The translations under genes and the position numbers were made by a program. From Nemertoderma westbladi (lineage: Eukaryota; Animalia; Xenacoelomorpha): a stretch of 64,000 bases of DNA. Shown piece after piece: positions 37,001-49,000 of the stretch. The stretch lies in assembly GCA_032718475.1 (NCBI GenBank), contig JAUCBJ010008069.1, positions 1 through 64,000 of the forward strand, given 5' to 3'. A model generated the notes under the pieces. That model did not search any database. It saw nothing but the letters and a program-made list of their open reading frames with translations, and was not told the DNA's origin. How positions within the stretch are numbered: position 1 is the first letter of the stretch; each line of letters starts with the position of its first letter.

Positions 37001-40000
37001 TGTACTTGTTTGTGTGTTGTACTCAATGAAATTTTATTTATACTTTCAGCAATCTCCACAGCATCTTGCGAATCGGGTGCCGGGGTTACCTTGTAATCAT
37101 CCGGAGCTGGTTTTATTCGACCAGGTTTTCTTTTCCTATTGGCCCTTTGATTTCGACATAACGTCTGAACGTTGTCAAATTTTTTCATCGTTGTACTCTT
37201 GTTCCCGGGGCTGGGTAATCCTAACGAATATTCAACTGCCAGTATATGGGAACATATAGTAGTCGCAGGACATTGAAAGATAGGTTTTGGGAATAGTTTC
37301 ACACTGTAAGTATTTCCAGAAGAACCCTCAACAACAAAAGACTTCAATTTTGGTATATGGGCAATCTTATAATCAATAATCATATCCATAAATTAAATCC
37401 AATAAATAAATCAATAAGGGCATCAATCCATAAATTACGAAGGCAGCACGCTTGCAAGGCCTTAAATAGAGTACGCTATTATGCAGTACAAACTACCGCT
37501 AGCTAGGCAGAACAGTGATTCTTGTTTGCTTGTTTGCAATGGAGGTTGGGATGGATACCAATCAGGGAAAAGGACAGTAATCCTACCATATAAGGTAATA
37601 CTAATAAGTTTGTGCTGTCTCTAGTATAAGGGGTACGGAAGCCCATAGCCGCCAGGACTCAAACATTAATGTGGGACACATTACAATTGTCTACAGAGCC
37701 GCTCTACCAGAGAAGTCACGTTCCCACGGTAGTAGTTTTTCAGCTAATCAATATCTAATAATGTCTGACGGCCAAGCATCACCATCGTCCTTATTAATAA
37801 TTCATTGGCAAGCATTGACCCCTATTAAGGTGTCCCCCAGAGCCGGATTAAGCTTATGTGTGGCCCCTAGGCATAGACAAATTATTAAGGTGTCTATTAA
37901 CTATTAAGGTGTCCCCCATTAATGTTTGTGTCCCTCATTAATGTGTGTCCCTCATTAATAGCTGTGTCCCTCATTAACATACTCAGTAATTAACGTAAAT
38001 CCGTACTTTACACTCCATTCCGGATCCAATAAAACTTGGTAATTAACGTAAATCCGTGTTTTACACTCCATTCCGGATCCAATAAAACTTGGTAATTAAC
38101 GTAAATCCGTGTTTTACACTCCATTCCGGATCCAACAAAACTTGGTAATTAACGAAAATCCGTGTTTTACACTCCATTCCGGATCCAACAAAACTTGGTA
38201 ATTTACGAAAATCCGTGTTTTACACTCCATTCCGGATCCAACAAAACTTGGTAATTAACGAAAATCCGTGTTTTACACTCCATTCCGGATCCAATAAAAC
38301 TTGGTAATTAACGAAAATCCGTGTTTTACACTCCATTCCGGATCCAATAAAACTTGGTAATTAACGAAAATCCGTGTTTTACACTCCATTCCGGATCCAA
38401 CAAAACTTGGTAATTAACGAAAATCCATGTTTTACACTCCATTCCGGATCCAATAAAACTTGGTAATTAACGAAAATCCGTGTTTTACACTCCATTCCGG
38501 ATCCAACAAAACTTGGTTATTAACGAAAATCCATGTTTTACACTCCATTCCGGATCCAATAAAACTTGGTAATTAACGAAAATCCGTGTTTTACACTCCA
38601 TTCCGGATCCAACAAAACTTGGTAATTAACGAAAATCCATGTTTTACACTCCATTCCGGATCCAATAAAACTTGGTAATTAACGAAAATCCGTGTTTTAC
38701 ACTCCATTCCGGATCCAACAAAACTTGGTAATTAACGAAAATCCGTGTTTTACACTCCATTCCGGATCCAATAAAACTTGGTAATTAACGAAAATCCGTG
38801 TTTTACACTCCATTCCGGATCCAACAAAGCTTGGTAATTAACGAAAATCCATGTTTTACACTCCATTCAAGATCCAATAAAACTTGGTAATTAACGAAAA
38901 TCCGTGTTTTACACTCCATTCCGGATCCAACAAAACTTGGTAATTAACGAAAATCCATGTTTTACACTCCATTCCGGATCCAATAAAACTTGGTAATTAA
39001 CGAAAATCCGTGTTTTACACTCCATTCCGGATCCAATAAAACTTGGTAATTAACGAAAATCCGTGTTTTACACTCCATTCCGGATCCAACAAAACTTGGT
39101 AATTAACGAAAATCCATGTTTTACACTCCATTCCGGATCCAATAAAACTTGGTAATTAACGTAAATCCGTGTTTTACACTCCATTCCGGATCCAATAAAA
39201 CTTGGTAATTAACGAAAATTCGTGTTTTACACTCCATTCCGGATCCAACAAATCTTGGTAATTAACGAAAATCCATGTTTTACACTCCATTCCGGATCCA
39301 ATAAAACTTGGTAATTAACGAAAATCCGTGTTTTACACTCCATTCCGGATCCAACAAAACTTGGTAATTAACGAAAATCCATGTTTTACACTCCATTCCG
39401 GATCCAATAAAACTTGGTAATTAACGAAAATCCGTGTTTTACACTCCATTCCGGATCCAACAAAACTTGGTAATTAACGAAAATCCATGTTTTACACTCC
39501 ATTCCGGATCCAACAAAACTTGGTATTTAACGAAAATCCGTGTTTTACACTCCATTCCTGATCCAACAAAACTTGGTAATTAACGAAAATCCGTGTTTTA
39601 CACTCCATTCCGGATCCAACAAAACTTGGTAATTAACGTAAATCCGTGTTTTACACTCCATTCCGTATCCAACAAAACTTGGTAATTAACGAAAATCCGT
39701 GTTTTACACTCCATTCCGGATCCAACAAAACTTGGTAATTAACGAAAATCCGTGTTTTAAACTCCATTCCGGATTCAATAAAACTTGGTAATTAACGTAA
39801 ATCCGTGTTTTACACTCCATTCCTGATTCACAAAATATATGAATCCGCCTTTTACACTAGCAAATCCGGGTCCTGATCCGTATCCGGATCCGGATCCGCG
39901 TTTTATACCTACCCAATTTGTTAAGGTATTGTTAATATCTTAACAATGTGGTTGAGGATAGTGGGAACGCTTCTACATGTGTCTATACATTGTTGTATTA

Positions 40001-43000
40001 ACCTGATATAGGGAACATTAGACGGAACATGATATTTAGCACCGGGGTCAAAATCATCTTCAGTCCTTTTCACCGGGGGTATAATTCCTTGGTATTTCGT
40101 TCGCATTTTCCACCACTCTTCATTGTATTGGGAAGGTTGAATATCTCCTTTAAATACCCTCCATCGCCACGAATCAATCAGCAATCCAAATGGAATAAAG
40201 GCAATCTTGTCCAATGCCTGACTCATGAGGAAATTGATATCCGATTCTGAAACAATTTAAAAATAACTGTTTTATTTTATCTTTGATATAGAGTTTAGAT
40301 ATACAATCCTTTACAAACTCTACCATGGATGTCCTTCTAAATAATTGTTTTTTTTAATTGGTATGTAACCTTGATTATCAGTCCAATCCTTTAGTAAGTC
40401 CAGTCCAATGAGATGCTTCGGAGTGGCGACACTCAAGGACATGAGATCCCCCACAGCCTCGTGGAACCCGGGGTTGGCGCCGGATTGGTACGGGAACGGC
40501 AGATCCTTGTACAGCATAAAGTAGTAGACGTGTCCGAGCTCGTGGTGCGTCGTGTAGAAGTAATCGGTGGTCATTGTCGTGCACTGTTTGATTCGAAAGT
40601 CCTTCCCATTGGAGAAGTCCCAAGCCGATGCGTGGCATACCACTTCGCGACCGTCGTTAGGCCTTTCTAACATGGAGTTAGGCCAGAATTCATCAGGAAG
40701 TTCTGGCATACCTAATTTGACGAAGAATTCCTCCGCAACCTAAAACAAAAACAAATATAAATTACTCTACGTCGAACGCGACTGAACGCAAGGAAGGTGA
40801 ACTTTAAGGATAAAAGTATTGTATAATATATTTCCCTTCCATCTTACTTCCATATCACTTAAATAATTACAACAATATTGTATTGTGTTGTGTTATTGTA
40901 CAAGAAAATAGAAAATTAACACCCAATTGAATACTTGATATTGTTTTTGGAGAGACTTTTATATACTGTACTTGTACGCATACTATACATGGTGAGTGTT
41001 AGCTTATCCAATTCCGCTAACATGAACCCACAAAGTAAGCCGTTGAGCAATATTGGGAGCACGAGGTTGATTACCAATCAACCTCGTGTCAACCCAGTAA
41101 ACGGGGACAATAGGCCCCAAAGGAGACACACACAATAGGGGTCAGGGGCCAAACCCCTAACCGAGAGAGAACACAGGGAGTGAACGGGAAACACTCCAGG
41201 GAAGGTGGGGCCAGACAGTGGGATATCAACCAATCAGAGGGGGGACAGGCATCGACTTGAGTCAGCAATAAGGCCACCTGTGCGTACATATATTACCTGT
41301 TCGTGCTATCCCTATTCAGTTCAGTTTACTCAGTCAGATCAGTAGGGTGGAACGGGGACTTCTGTCACCGTCCGCTACCGCCATCATACTTATATTACCT
41401 GTTGTGTCATACTATATCTATATCTATATATCAGACTATTATACCTTATACATATAACCGAACACCAGAACTCTTTTACCTTTCACACACGGCGGGGACG
41501 CGTGGATAGAAAACCCAACGGATAAACCGGGATCCGTAGATCCCGTCACAGTGACAGAACTCAGATCCGCCCAGCTGCCCTGACAGTGATAGAATGAGCT
41601 ACCGTCCAGCTGCGACTGCCAGCCACCAAAGACGACGATGAGTAGAGAGAGGAACGACACCGCCGCGGACCCCGGACGACGATCTAACGATCCGCGAGGC
41701 CACGGCGAGACGATACGAACCCACGACGCCGATCGATGCTACGCCGACCACGTCGACGCAGGTTGACGCCACGTCGACAACGAGCAACACGGCGAACCAA
41801 GATGTGGGGGGTCGTCTACCACGGAGAGAGCGAGTCGAGTAGAGGAGACGAGTCGGGAGGAGAAGAGAAAGACGAGTCGACGCGGAGCGAGGGTCGACAT
41901 ACCGATGTCACCGGCCAGCCACAGGCCGAGGACGACGAACGGTCCACCGGAACGGCGACGGTGGGGCCGTCGGTACGACGTCGGACCCGGAGAGACGGAA
42001 GAGAGGTCGGCGACGAGGACGTCGGGGTTTCTGATCGACTTCGACGGGCCTACCTCGCGACCCGGGAGCAACTGAGAGAGGCCAAGGAGGGGGCGAAGGT
42101 AGACGAGGTGAGACTGAGGAAAGGACTAGGTGAGTCGAACAGATACTTTGATCACCTAGTGTGTTTTGGGCAGAGAGAATTAGCCGAGGAGAGGACGAGG
42201 GGAGTTGTCAACGAACTGATTGAACTATGGGAATGTGGGGGTATGGAACCTAGCGTAGTGTACGTAGGGCCATACTTAGTCGATGCCCGGGGAGTGAAAG
42301 TAAGAGTTAGAAGACCTGGGGAGGGCGAATCCGAGGTTAATTTCGAGGATTCGGTCTCGTCGGTCGGAGGAAGTTCCGGGAAGCGGGGGAAAGTTAGTGG
42401 GACGGAGGGGCGACGGGAGTCCGTCGCAACCGATAAGTCTGCTACATCCTCCGTAAAAGAAAGACGGGTGCGACAGAGTGAACGCATAGAGTATAAATTA
42501 GAAACGGCTGCGAGTAAGCAGGAATGGTTAGAGTGGCAATTGAGAAGGGAAACCACATTCTCAGAGGAGGCTGTAGAGTTGGAGAGGGAGTATAGAGAGA
42601 AAGCCGAGGAGTTTAGAGAGAGGGCCAAGGAGTGTAGAGAGCTAGAGATGGGTGTAGAGAGCGAGCCGGCGAGGCGGCTTGAAATGATTGCTAGAGAGGC
42701 AGAGTTGGCCGGGCAGAATACGCGAGAGTCGGGGATAGAGGGTGAGTGCAGGCGGGATGAGTTGCATGCCGTGCTAGGGAGGCTTGCGCAATATCAAGCC
42801 AAACTTAAACGGCGCCGACTAGAACTGGCGCGGTTGGAGATATCAGAGAGTGAGACCCCACTTACAGGCACCGGGCGGGAGAACCAGAACTGGTGTAGCC
42901 GTACGGGCGGGGGGGGTAATAGTAGTACGTTAGGAAATGTTAATATTAATAGTACCGTAGTAGATAACCCTAATCCCTTTATTACAGGAAATAATATTTT

Positions 43001-46000
43001 GCCTGGTAGTGGTAATTTAAATTTAAACTTAAACTCAAATAATAACGTTAATTTAAATATTCAGAATAATTCAAATAATGCGAATAATAGTTTAAATTTT
43101 GAAAATTCAAATAGTTCTAATTTAAATAATTTAAGTCCCGTTTCAAATTCTAATAGTTTGATTGATTTAACAAGTGGTATTGGGAGTGGTGCTATTAATG
43201 TGAGCGTGTCGGACGTACATAACCCGGCAGACGGGGGCCTGGTAGGCCACGTAGTTAGTAGGCAGGAGGTGGCAGGGTTGAGCCAACCCGGCGGCGGCCT
43301 GGTAGGCCACGCAGTTAGTAGGCAGGAGGTAGCGGGGTTGAGCCAACCCGAAGTAGGCCTGATGGGCCACGCAGTAGTAGAGAGAGAGGCGGGGGTGAAT
43401 AGGCCCAGCCGTAGTAGAGACAGTGCGTCGACTAGAGAGGGGTGTAGAGACGAAGTAAGAGATATTGAAGTTAGATGTGGCGGGTGGGGGGGGGCTACGG
43501 GCGCCCCACCACATAAGATTAGTGGCGAGAGAGGGGGGGCAGAGAATGCCCCACAAGAGGGGTGTAGGAGTGTAGTAAGAGGTAGTGAAGTTAGAAGTGG
43601 CGGGTGGGGGGGGGGGCTACGGGCGCCCCACCACATAAGATTAGTGGCGAAAGAGGGGGGGCAGAGAATGCCCCACAAGAAGGGAGTAGAAGTATAGTAA
43701 GAAATAGTGAAGTTAGAAGTGGCGGGTGGGGGGGGGCTACGGGCACCCCACCGCGAGGAGTTAGTAGCGAGAGAGGGGGGGCAGAGAGTGTCCCACAGGC
43801 GTCAGCGGATAATGCGCGGGCCGAATTAGGTAAACCGCAACACCCGGCGACGGAGAGTAATAGGGGGATTGCGAGTATCCCCAGCGGCGTGCGATCGAGT
43901 AGAGAGAGGCAGGTTGACGTTGCGAGAGGGCAGACGAAGCGTCGAGCACGATTAGAAGAGGGAGGAAGAAGAGTGGAGTATAACCGGGAGGTCGACGAGA
44001 GATCTCACGAGCCGGAATACTGCACTGAAAAGAGAAGAAGAGGAGATAGTAGAAAAGGTGTCGCCACGAATGATAGGAGTGCGAGGACGGATAACGAACC
44101 GTCGATAGTAGAGATGGAGTCAGGGAGCCAGTGGAGTCGAACTTCGGGAGATTGCCGTCGCCCCGGAGAAACGCACCGCACGCCAAGAGAGGGGTACAGG
44201 AGGTACCAATACAAGGTCGAGAACAGGAGAGGGGATCGAAGAGAAGCTTCCCGACGGGATATAGCTGCCGATCGAGAGTGCAGTAGTCGCGGGGAGATTC
44301 GAGATTCGCGAAGAATAAACTTCGGTTCGGAAGGGCACATGCAGACTGCAGGACATACTGTAGGCCTTACTGCACATACTATTGTAGGCCATGCTGGGAG
44401 AGATAGAGTAGGCGATGGGGTAGCGCGAACGACGGGATTAAACCCGGAAGTCGCGGAGTACATACCGGTAGGTAGGCGAGAGGTAGGTAGGCCTGTATCG
44501 GTACAGCAGCATGACTATAATAATACACAGGGACATAACATATATCCAGGGGAGGGGGGAGTTATTGGAGATAGACGTATGGGCCCCAATGTATTAACAT
44601 CAACCCCAGTACCAAACATACCGGCTGGGGGGGGGACAGGGTGACATTCCCCCATCACAATATCGACAATATACCCCGATAGGAGCAAGAATATCGAACT
44701 CCCTGGACGAGAGCAGGTCGTGCGGACAGTCACCACCACACGCGGCCATACAGGGGACTACCAGTCCACAGTTAGCTGGTAGTAGGGCCACACCGTGGCA
44801 GGGACAGGAAGAAAATAACACCAAAAATAAACACAATCCCAATATACCCAGTAGGCCGAGTCTAGACAACCAAAACATTAAATCGGTACATATAAACCTA
44901 AGCGCGATACGTGAAGGACTATACAGGAAACGCTATAATCCAGGATTCCAATGTCAATTACATCGGGACGGAACCCATAAGACCAGGAGTTGCAAGTACT
45001 GGCAAGCGTTGCCCAAACGAGATCGTGTAGCCTACACAGACGCAAACGGACTATGTCATCGATGTGTGGTAAAAGGACACAGATCCGGAGAGTGTTGGAA
45101 AGGGAGAGGATATGAAAGGACTAAACCAGGGGCAGAGAAGCCCATTAGCAAACATAAGGGAGTCGGGAAAGTAGAAGGAGGCGTGTTGCATACACACGCA
45201 GGACGGACACAGTGCGAGGGGGCATTACATGGGCAGACACCGCGTATACCGAGGGACGAGCGGGGGTCGTCGAGGGCTCTAATGCCAGCGCACATACGAA
45301 GGGGGAGGCCAGCAAAGGTAGCACCGAAGAGAGTGTGGCGAAGAGTTAGAGGACGTATAGGAGGGCAGCAGGAGAGTGCCTACTGGAAGAAGGGGCACGT
45401 GAGAGTTTTTAGTCGTCCAAAGTTTTGGACTGAGGGGGGTGGGAATGAGGGCGAGACGCCCTTCCCACGCACAAAATATAAAATAATTATTTAATTAAAA
45501 ATAATTAAATAATAGAGTAGGTAGAAGTTAGGTAGTTAGTTAGTTAGTTAGTTAAAGGGTGGTACGTAGTACCTAGAGTTAGTTAGAGTTAGTAGGTACG
45601 TAGTACCTAGAGTTAGTTAGAGTTAGTAGGTACGTAGTACCGCTAGTTAGAGTTAGAGTTAGTAGGTACGTAGTACCTAGAGTTAGAGAGTTAGTAGGTA
45701 CGTGGTACCTAGTTAGAGTTAGAGTTAGTAGGTACGTAGTACCTAGTTAGAGTTAGAGTTAGAGGGTACGTAAGTACCGCTAGTTAGTTAGAGTTAGAGG
45801 GTACGTAGTACCTAGTTAGAGAGTCAGTAGGTACGTAGTACCTAGTTAGAGTTAGAGTTAGAGGGTACGTAAGTACCGCTAGTTAGTTAGAGTTAGAGGG
45901 TACGTAAGTACCGCTAGTTAGTTAGAGTTAGAGGGTACGTAAGTACCGTTAGAGAGTAAGAGTTAGAGGGTACGTAGTACCGTTAAGGAGTAAGAGTTAG

Positions 46001-49000
46001 AAGAGGGTAGTAGTACCGCTAGCTAGTAGAGAGAGCTAGAGTAGTGGTACGTAGTACCGCTAGATAGGAGTGTTAGTAGTAGCAGTAGAAGGGTTGTGGG
46101 CACCGGAAGCGCCACGCAGTTAGAGTTAGTAGGGAATGCGCTGAACTTAGTGGGGCACGGGCGTGATGACGTGTTTGATGTAAGAGCAGGGTATGTTAAT
46201 TAGGGTGGGTGCCGGGCACAAGAGGTGCCGGGCACAAAAAGAGTTAGTAGTAGAGTTAGTTGAGTTAGTAGTAGAGTTAGTTGAGTTAGTAGTAGAGTTA
46301 GTTGAGTTAGTAGTAGAGTTAGTGGGAGTTAGAGGTTAGTAAGAGGGTACGTAGTACCGGTTGTGGTTGTGGGCACCGTTAGCGCCACGTAGATAGAGGT
46401 AGAGTTAGTAAGAGGGTACGTAGTACCGGTTGTGGTTGTGGGCACCGTTAGCGCCACGTAGATAGAGGTAGAGTTAGTAAGAGGGTACGTAGTACCGGTT
46501 GTGGTTGTGGGCACCGTTAGCGCCACGTAGATAGAGGTAGAGTTAGTAAGAGGGTACGTAGTACCGGTTGTGGTTGTGGGCACCGTTAGCGCCACGTAGA
46601 GAGTTAGTAGAGTTAGTAGAGTCAGTAGTAGTTCACATAATTAACGTACCCACTCTGCCGGCATTCAGAGCGTCACGTGCAGGCGAGTGGATGTAAAGGA
46701 AGTAAGTTAGAGATAGGGTAGAGTAGTAGAGAGGGCACATAGGGTGCCAGGTAGTAGAGTAGAGTGTTAGAGGTAGCAGAGAGGGCACATAGGGTGCCAG
46801 AGAGTAGAATAGTAGAGAGGGCACATAGGGTGCCAGAGAGTTGAATAGCAGGCAGGGCACATAGGGTGCCAAGTAGTAGGGTTAGAGTGTTAGAGAGGTA
46901 GTTGAGTAGTAGAAGGGCACATAGGGTGCCAGATAGTAAAGGGGTTGTGGGCACCGCAAGCGCCACGTAGTTAGAAGAGTGGAGTAGAGTTAGTAGAGTT
47001 AGCAGAACTAGTGGAGTAGGGTTAGTAGAGCTAGTTAGCAGAGTTGGTAGACTCAGAGGAGTCAAGTAGAGTTAGTAGAAGTAGAAAGTTAGTAGGAGTT
47101 AGTTAGACTTAGTAGAAAGTTAGAGTCAGTAGAAAGTTAGAGGCTCTCAGTTAGAGCTAGAAGTAGTAAGAGTTAGTAGTTAGCAGAGTTAGTTAGATAG
47201 TTAGAGTTAGTAAGCAGTAGGTAGATAGTATGATAGCACAGGGGTAACATTAGAGATTAGGGCCTTAGGGAGTGACAAGAGAGTGAAGAGGTAATAGTGC
47301 GGAGTGCGAAGAGAGCGTGGGCGCAATTCAAGTGTGGGGGAGGAGAAGTGAGAGGAAGAGTGAGAGACAGGGAAGTCAAAGAGTTAGAGCAAGAGAGGAG
47401 AGGAAGAGTAGAGTTAGAGTGGTGAGAGTGTTGGGGAAACAAAAGTTGTGTGAGAGAAGCGCACGATCGGCCCGACACGAAACGCCAGAGGGTAGCAATA
47501 TCATACCCATAGGGAGCGGCCCGGAAAGCCGGCTCCGAAAGAAAATAACCCACCCCACACCCGATACTAGATCGGGATCCAGCGGAATTGTAGCGCACTT
47601 TTTGGTGGATGCTATCTTCTCACCGGGAAGATAGCATGGGAGGGAGTGTTAGCTTATCCAATTCCGCTAACATGAACCCACAAAGTAAGCCGTTGAGCAA
47701 TATTGGGAGCACGAGGTTGATTACCAATCAACCTCGTGTCAACCCAGTAAACGGGGACAATAGGCCCCAAAGGAGACACACACAATAAGGGTCAGGGGCC
47801 AAACCCCTAACAGAGAGAGAACAACAGGGGCAACGGGAAACACACCAGGGAAGGTGAAAGGGCGAGAAGTGGGATATTAGCCAATGGGGGGACAGCATCG
47901 ACTAGGTACAGTAATATGGCCAACTGTGCAGTACATATATTACCTGTTGGTGCTTCCCTATTCAGTTTAGTTTACGCAGTCAGATCAGTAGGGTGGAACG
48001 GGGACTTCTGTCACCGTCCGCTACCGCCATCATACTTATATTACCTGTTGTGTCATACTATATCTATATCTATATATCAGACTATTATACCTTATACATA
48101 TAACCGAACACCAGAACTCTTTTACCTTTCACACACGGCGGGGACGCGTGGATAGAAAACCCAACGGATAAACCGGGATCCGTAGATCCCGTCACAGTGA
48201 GTGTAGAAGGTAGTAGCAAATATTGGTTTTGTAATACAATGTAATACATTATAAATTATATTGTGTCTACACTATACACTCAAGCATAACATCAAGAAAT
48301 ATTAATTTGAATATTATTTTACAGTAGGCCTACCAAATAACATACCACTACATTCAGAAAGAATCAAAATCACCTCCTACCTTAAACATTTTCGTAGCAT
48401 TGTATTCAGCCGTCAAAGTTTCAGTAATGTTTACTGATTTCGCATTAGGAAAAGGTATTAAAATGTCCATAATATTACCCCACGTCTGCGACCACATATT
48501 ACCTAAAAAATTCATAATAAAAATACAATTATTTATAAATCGGTGTCCACAAAGTGATCTTGTTAACTATAGTAGTGGTATTAGAACGAACTGACCCCCT
48601 GTCTGAGTAAATCTGCTGGTATTGTTACCAACAGAGATGGACCCACTTTAGAAAATGTGCTGGTATTGTTACCTACAGAGATGGACCCACTTCAGAAAAT
48701 GTGCTGGTATTGTTACCTACAGAGATGGACCCACTTTAGAAAATGTGCTGGTATTGTTACCTACAGAGATGGACCCACATTAGGAAATTTTCTGGTATTG
48801 TTACCTACAGAGATGGACCCACTTTAGAAAATCTGCTGGTATTGTTACCTACAGAGATGGACCCACTTTAGAAAATGTGCTGGTATTGTTTCCTACAGAG
48901 ATGGACCCACTTTGTAAATGTGCTGGTATTGTTACCTACAGAGATGGACCCACTTTAGAAAATTTGCTGGTATTGTTACCTACAGAGATGGACCCACTTC

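Larger units (their letters stand above)
36191..39914. mobile_element. Foldback-like Mutator (MULE) remnant with satellite-containing inverted arms
   Basis: Termini TAAAACGCGGAT (36193) and ATCCGCGTTTTA (~39893-39904); 53-bp arrays in opposite orientations at the two ends; central SWIM-like transposase fragment. The left terminus looks truncated and no TSD was found. Confidence 0.65.
40997..48196 (+). mobile_element. Non-autonomous BEL/Pao-type LTR retrotransposon (7.2 kb, gag-like ORF only)
   Basis: LTRs 40997-41550 and 47647-48196 (TGTTAG...GTCACA); TSD GTGAG at 40992-40996 and 48197-48201; PPT GGGAGGGAG at 47638-47646; BEL-type zinc knuckles; no protease, RT, RNase H or integrase. Confidence 0.9.

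Noticed and set aside
45515-47240. Interstitial telomeric repeat
   Set aside because: Units are TTAGAG/TTAGTAG/TTAG, not TTAGGG or TTAGG arrays, and they lie inside an LTR element.
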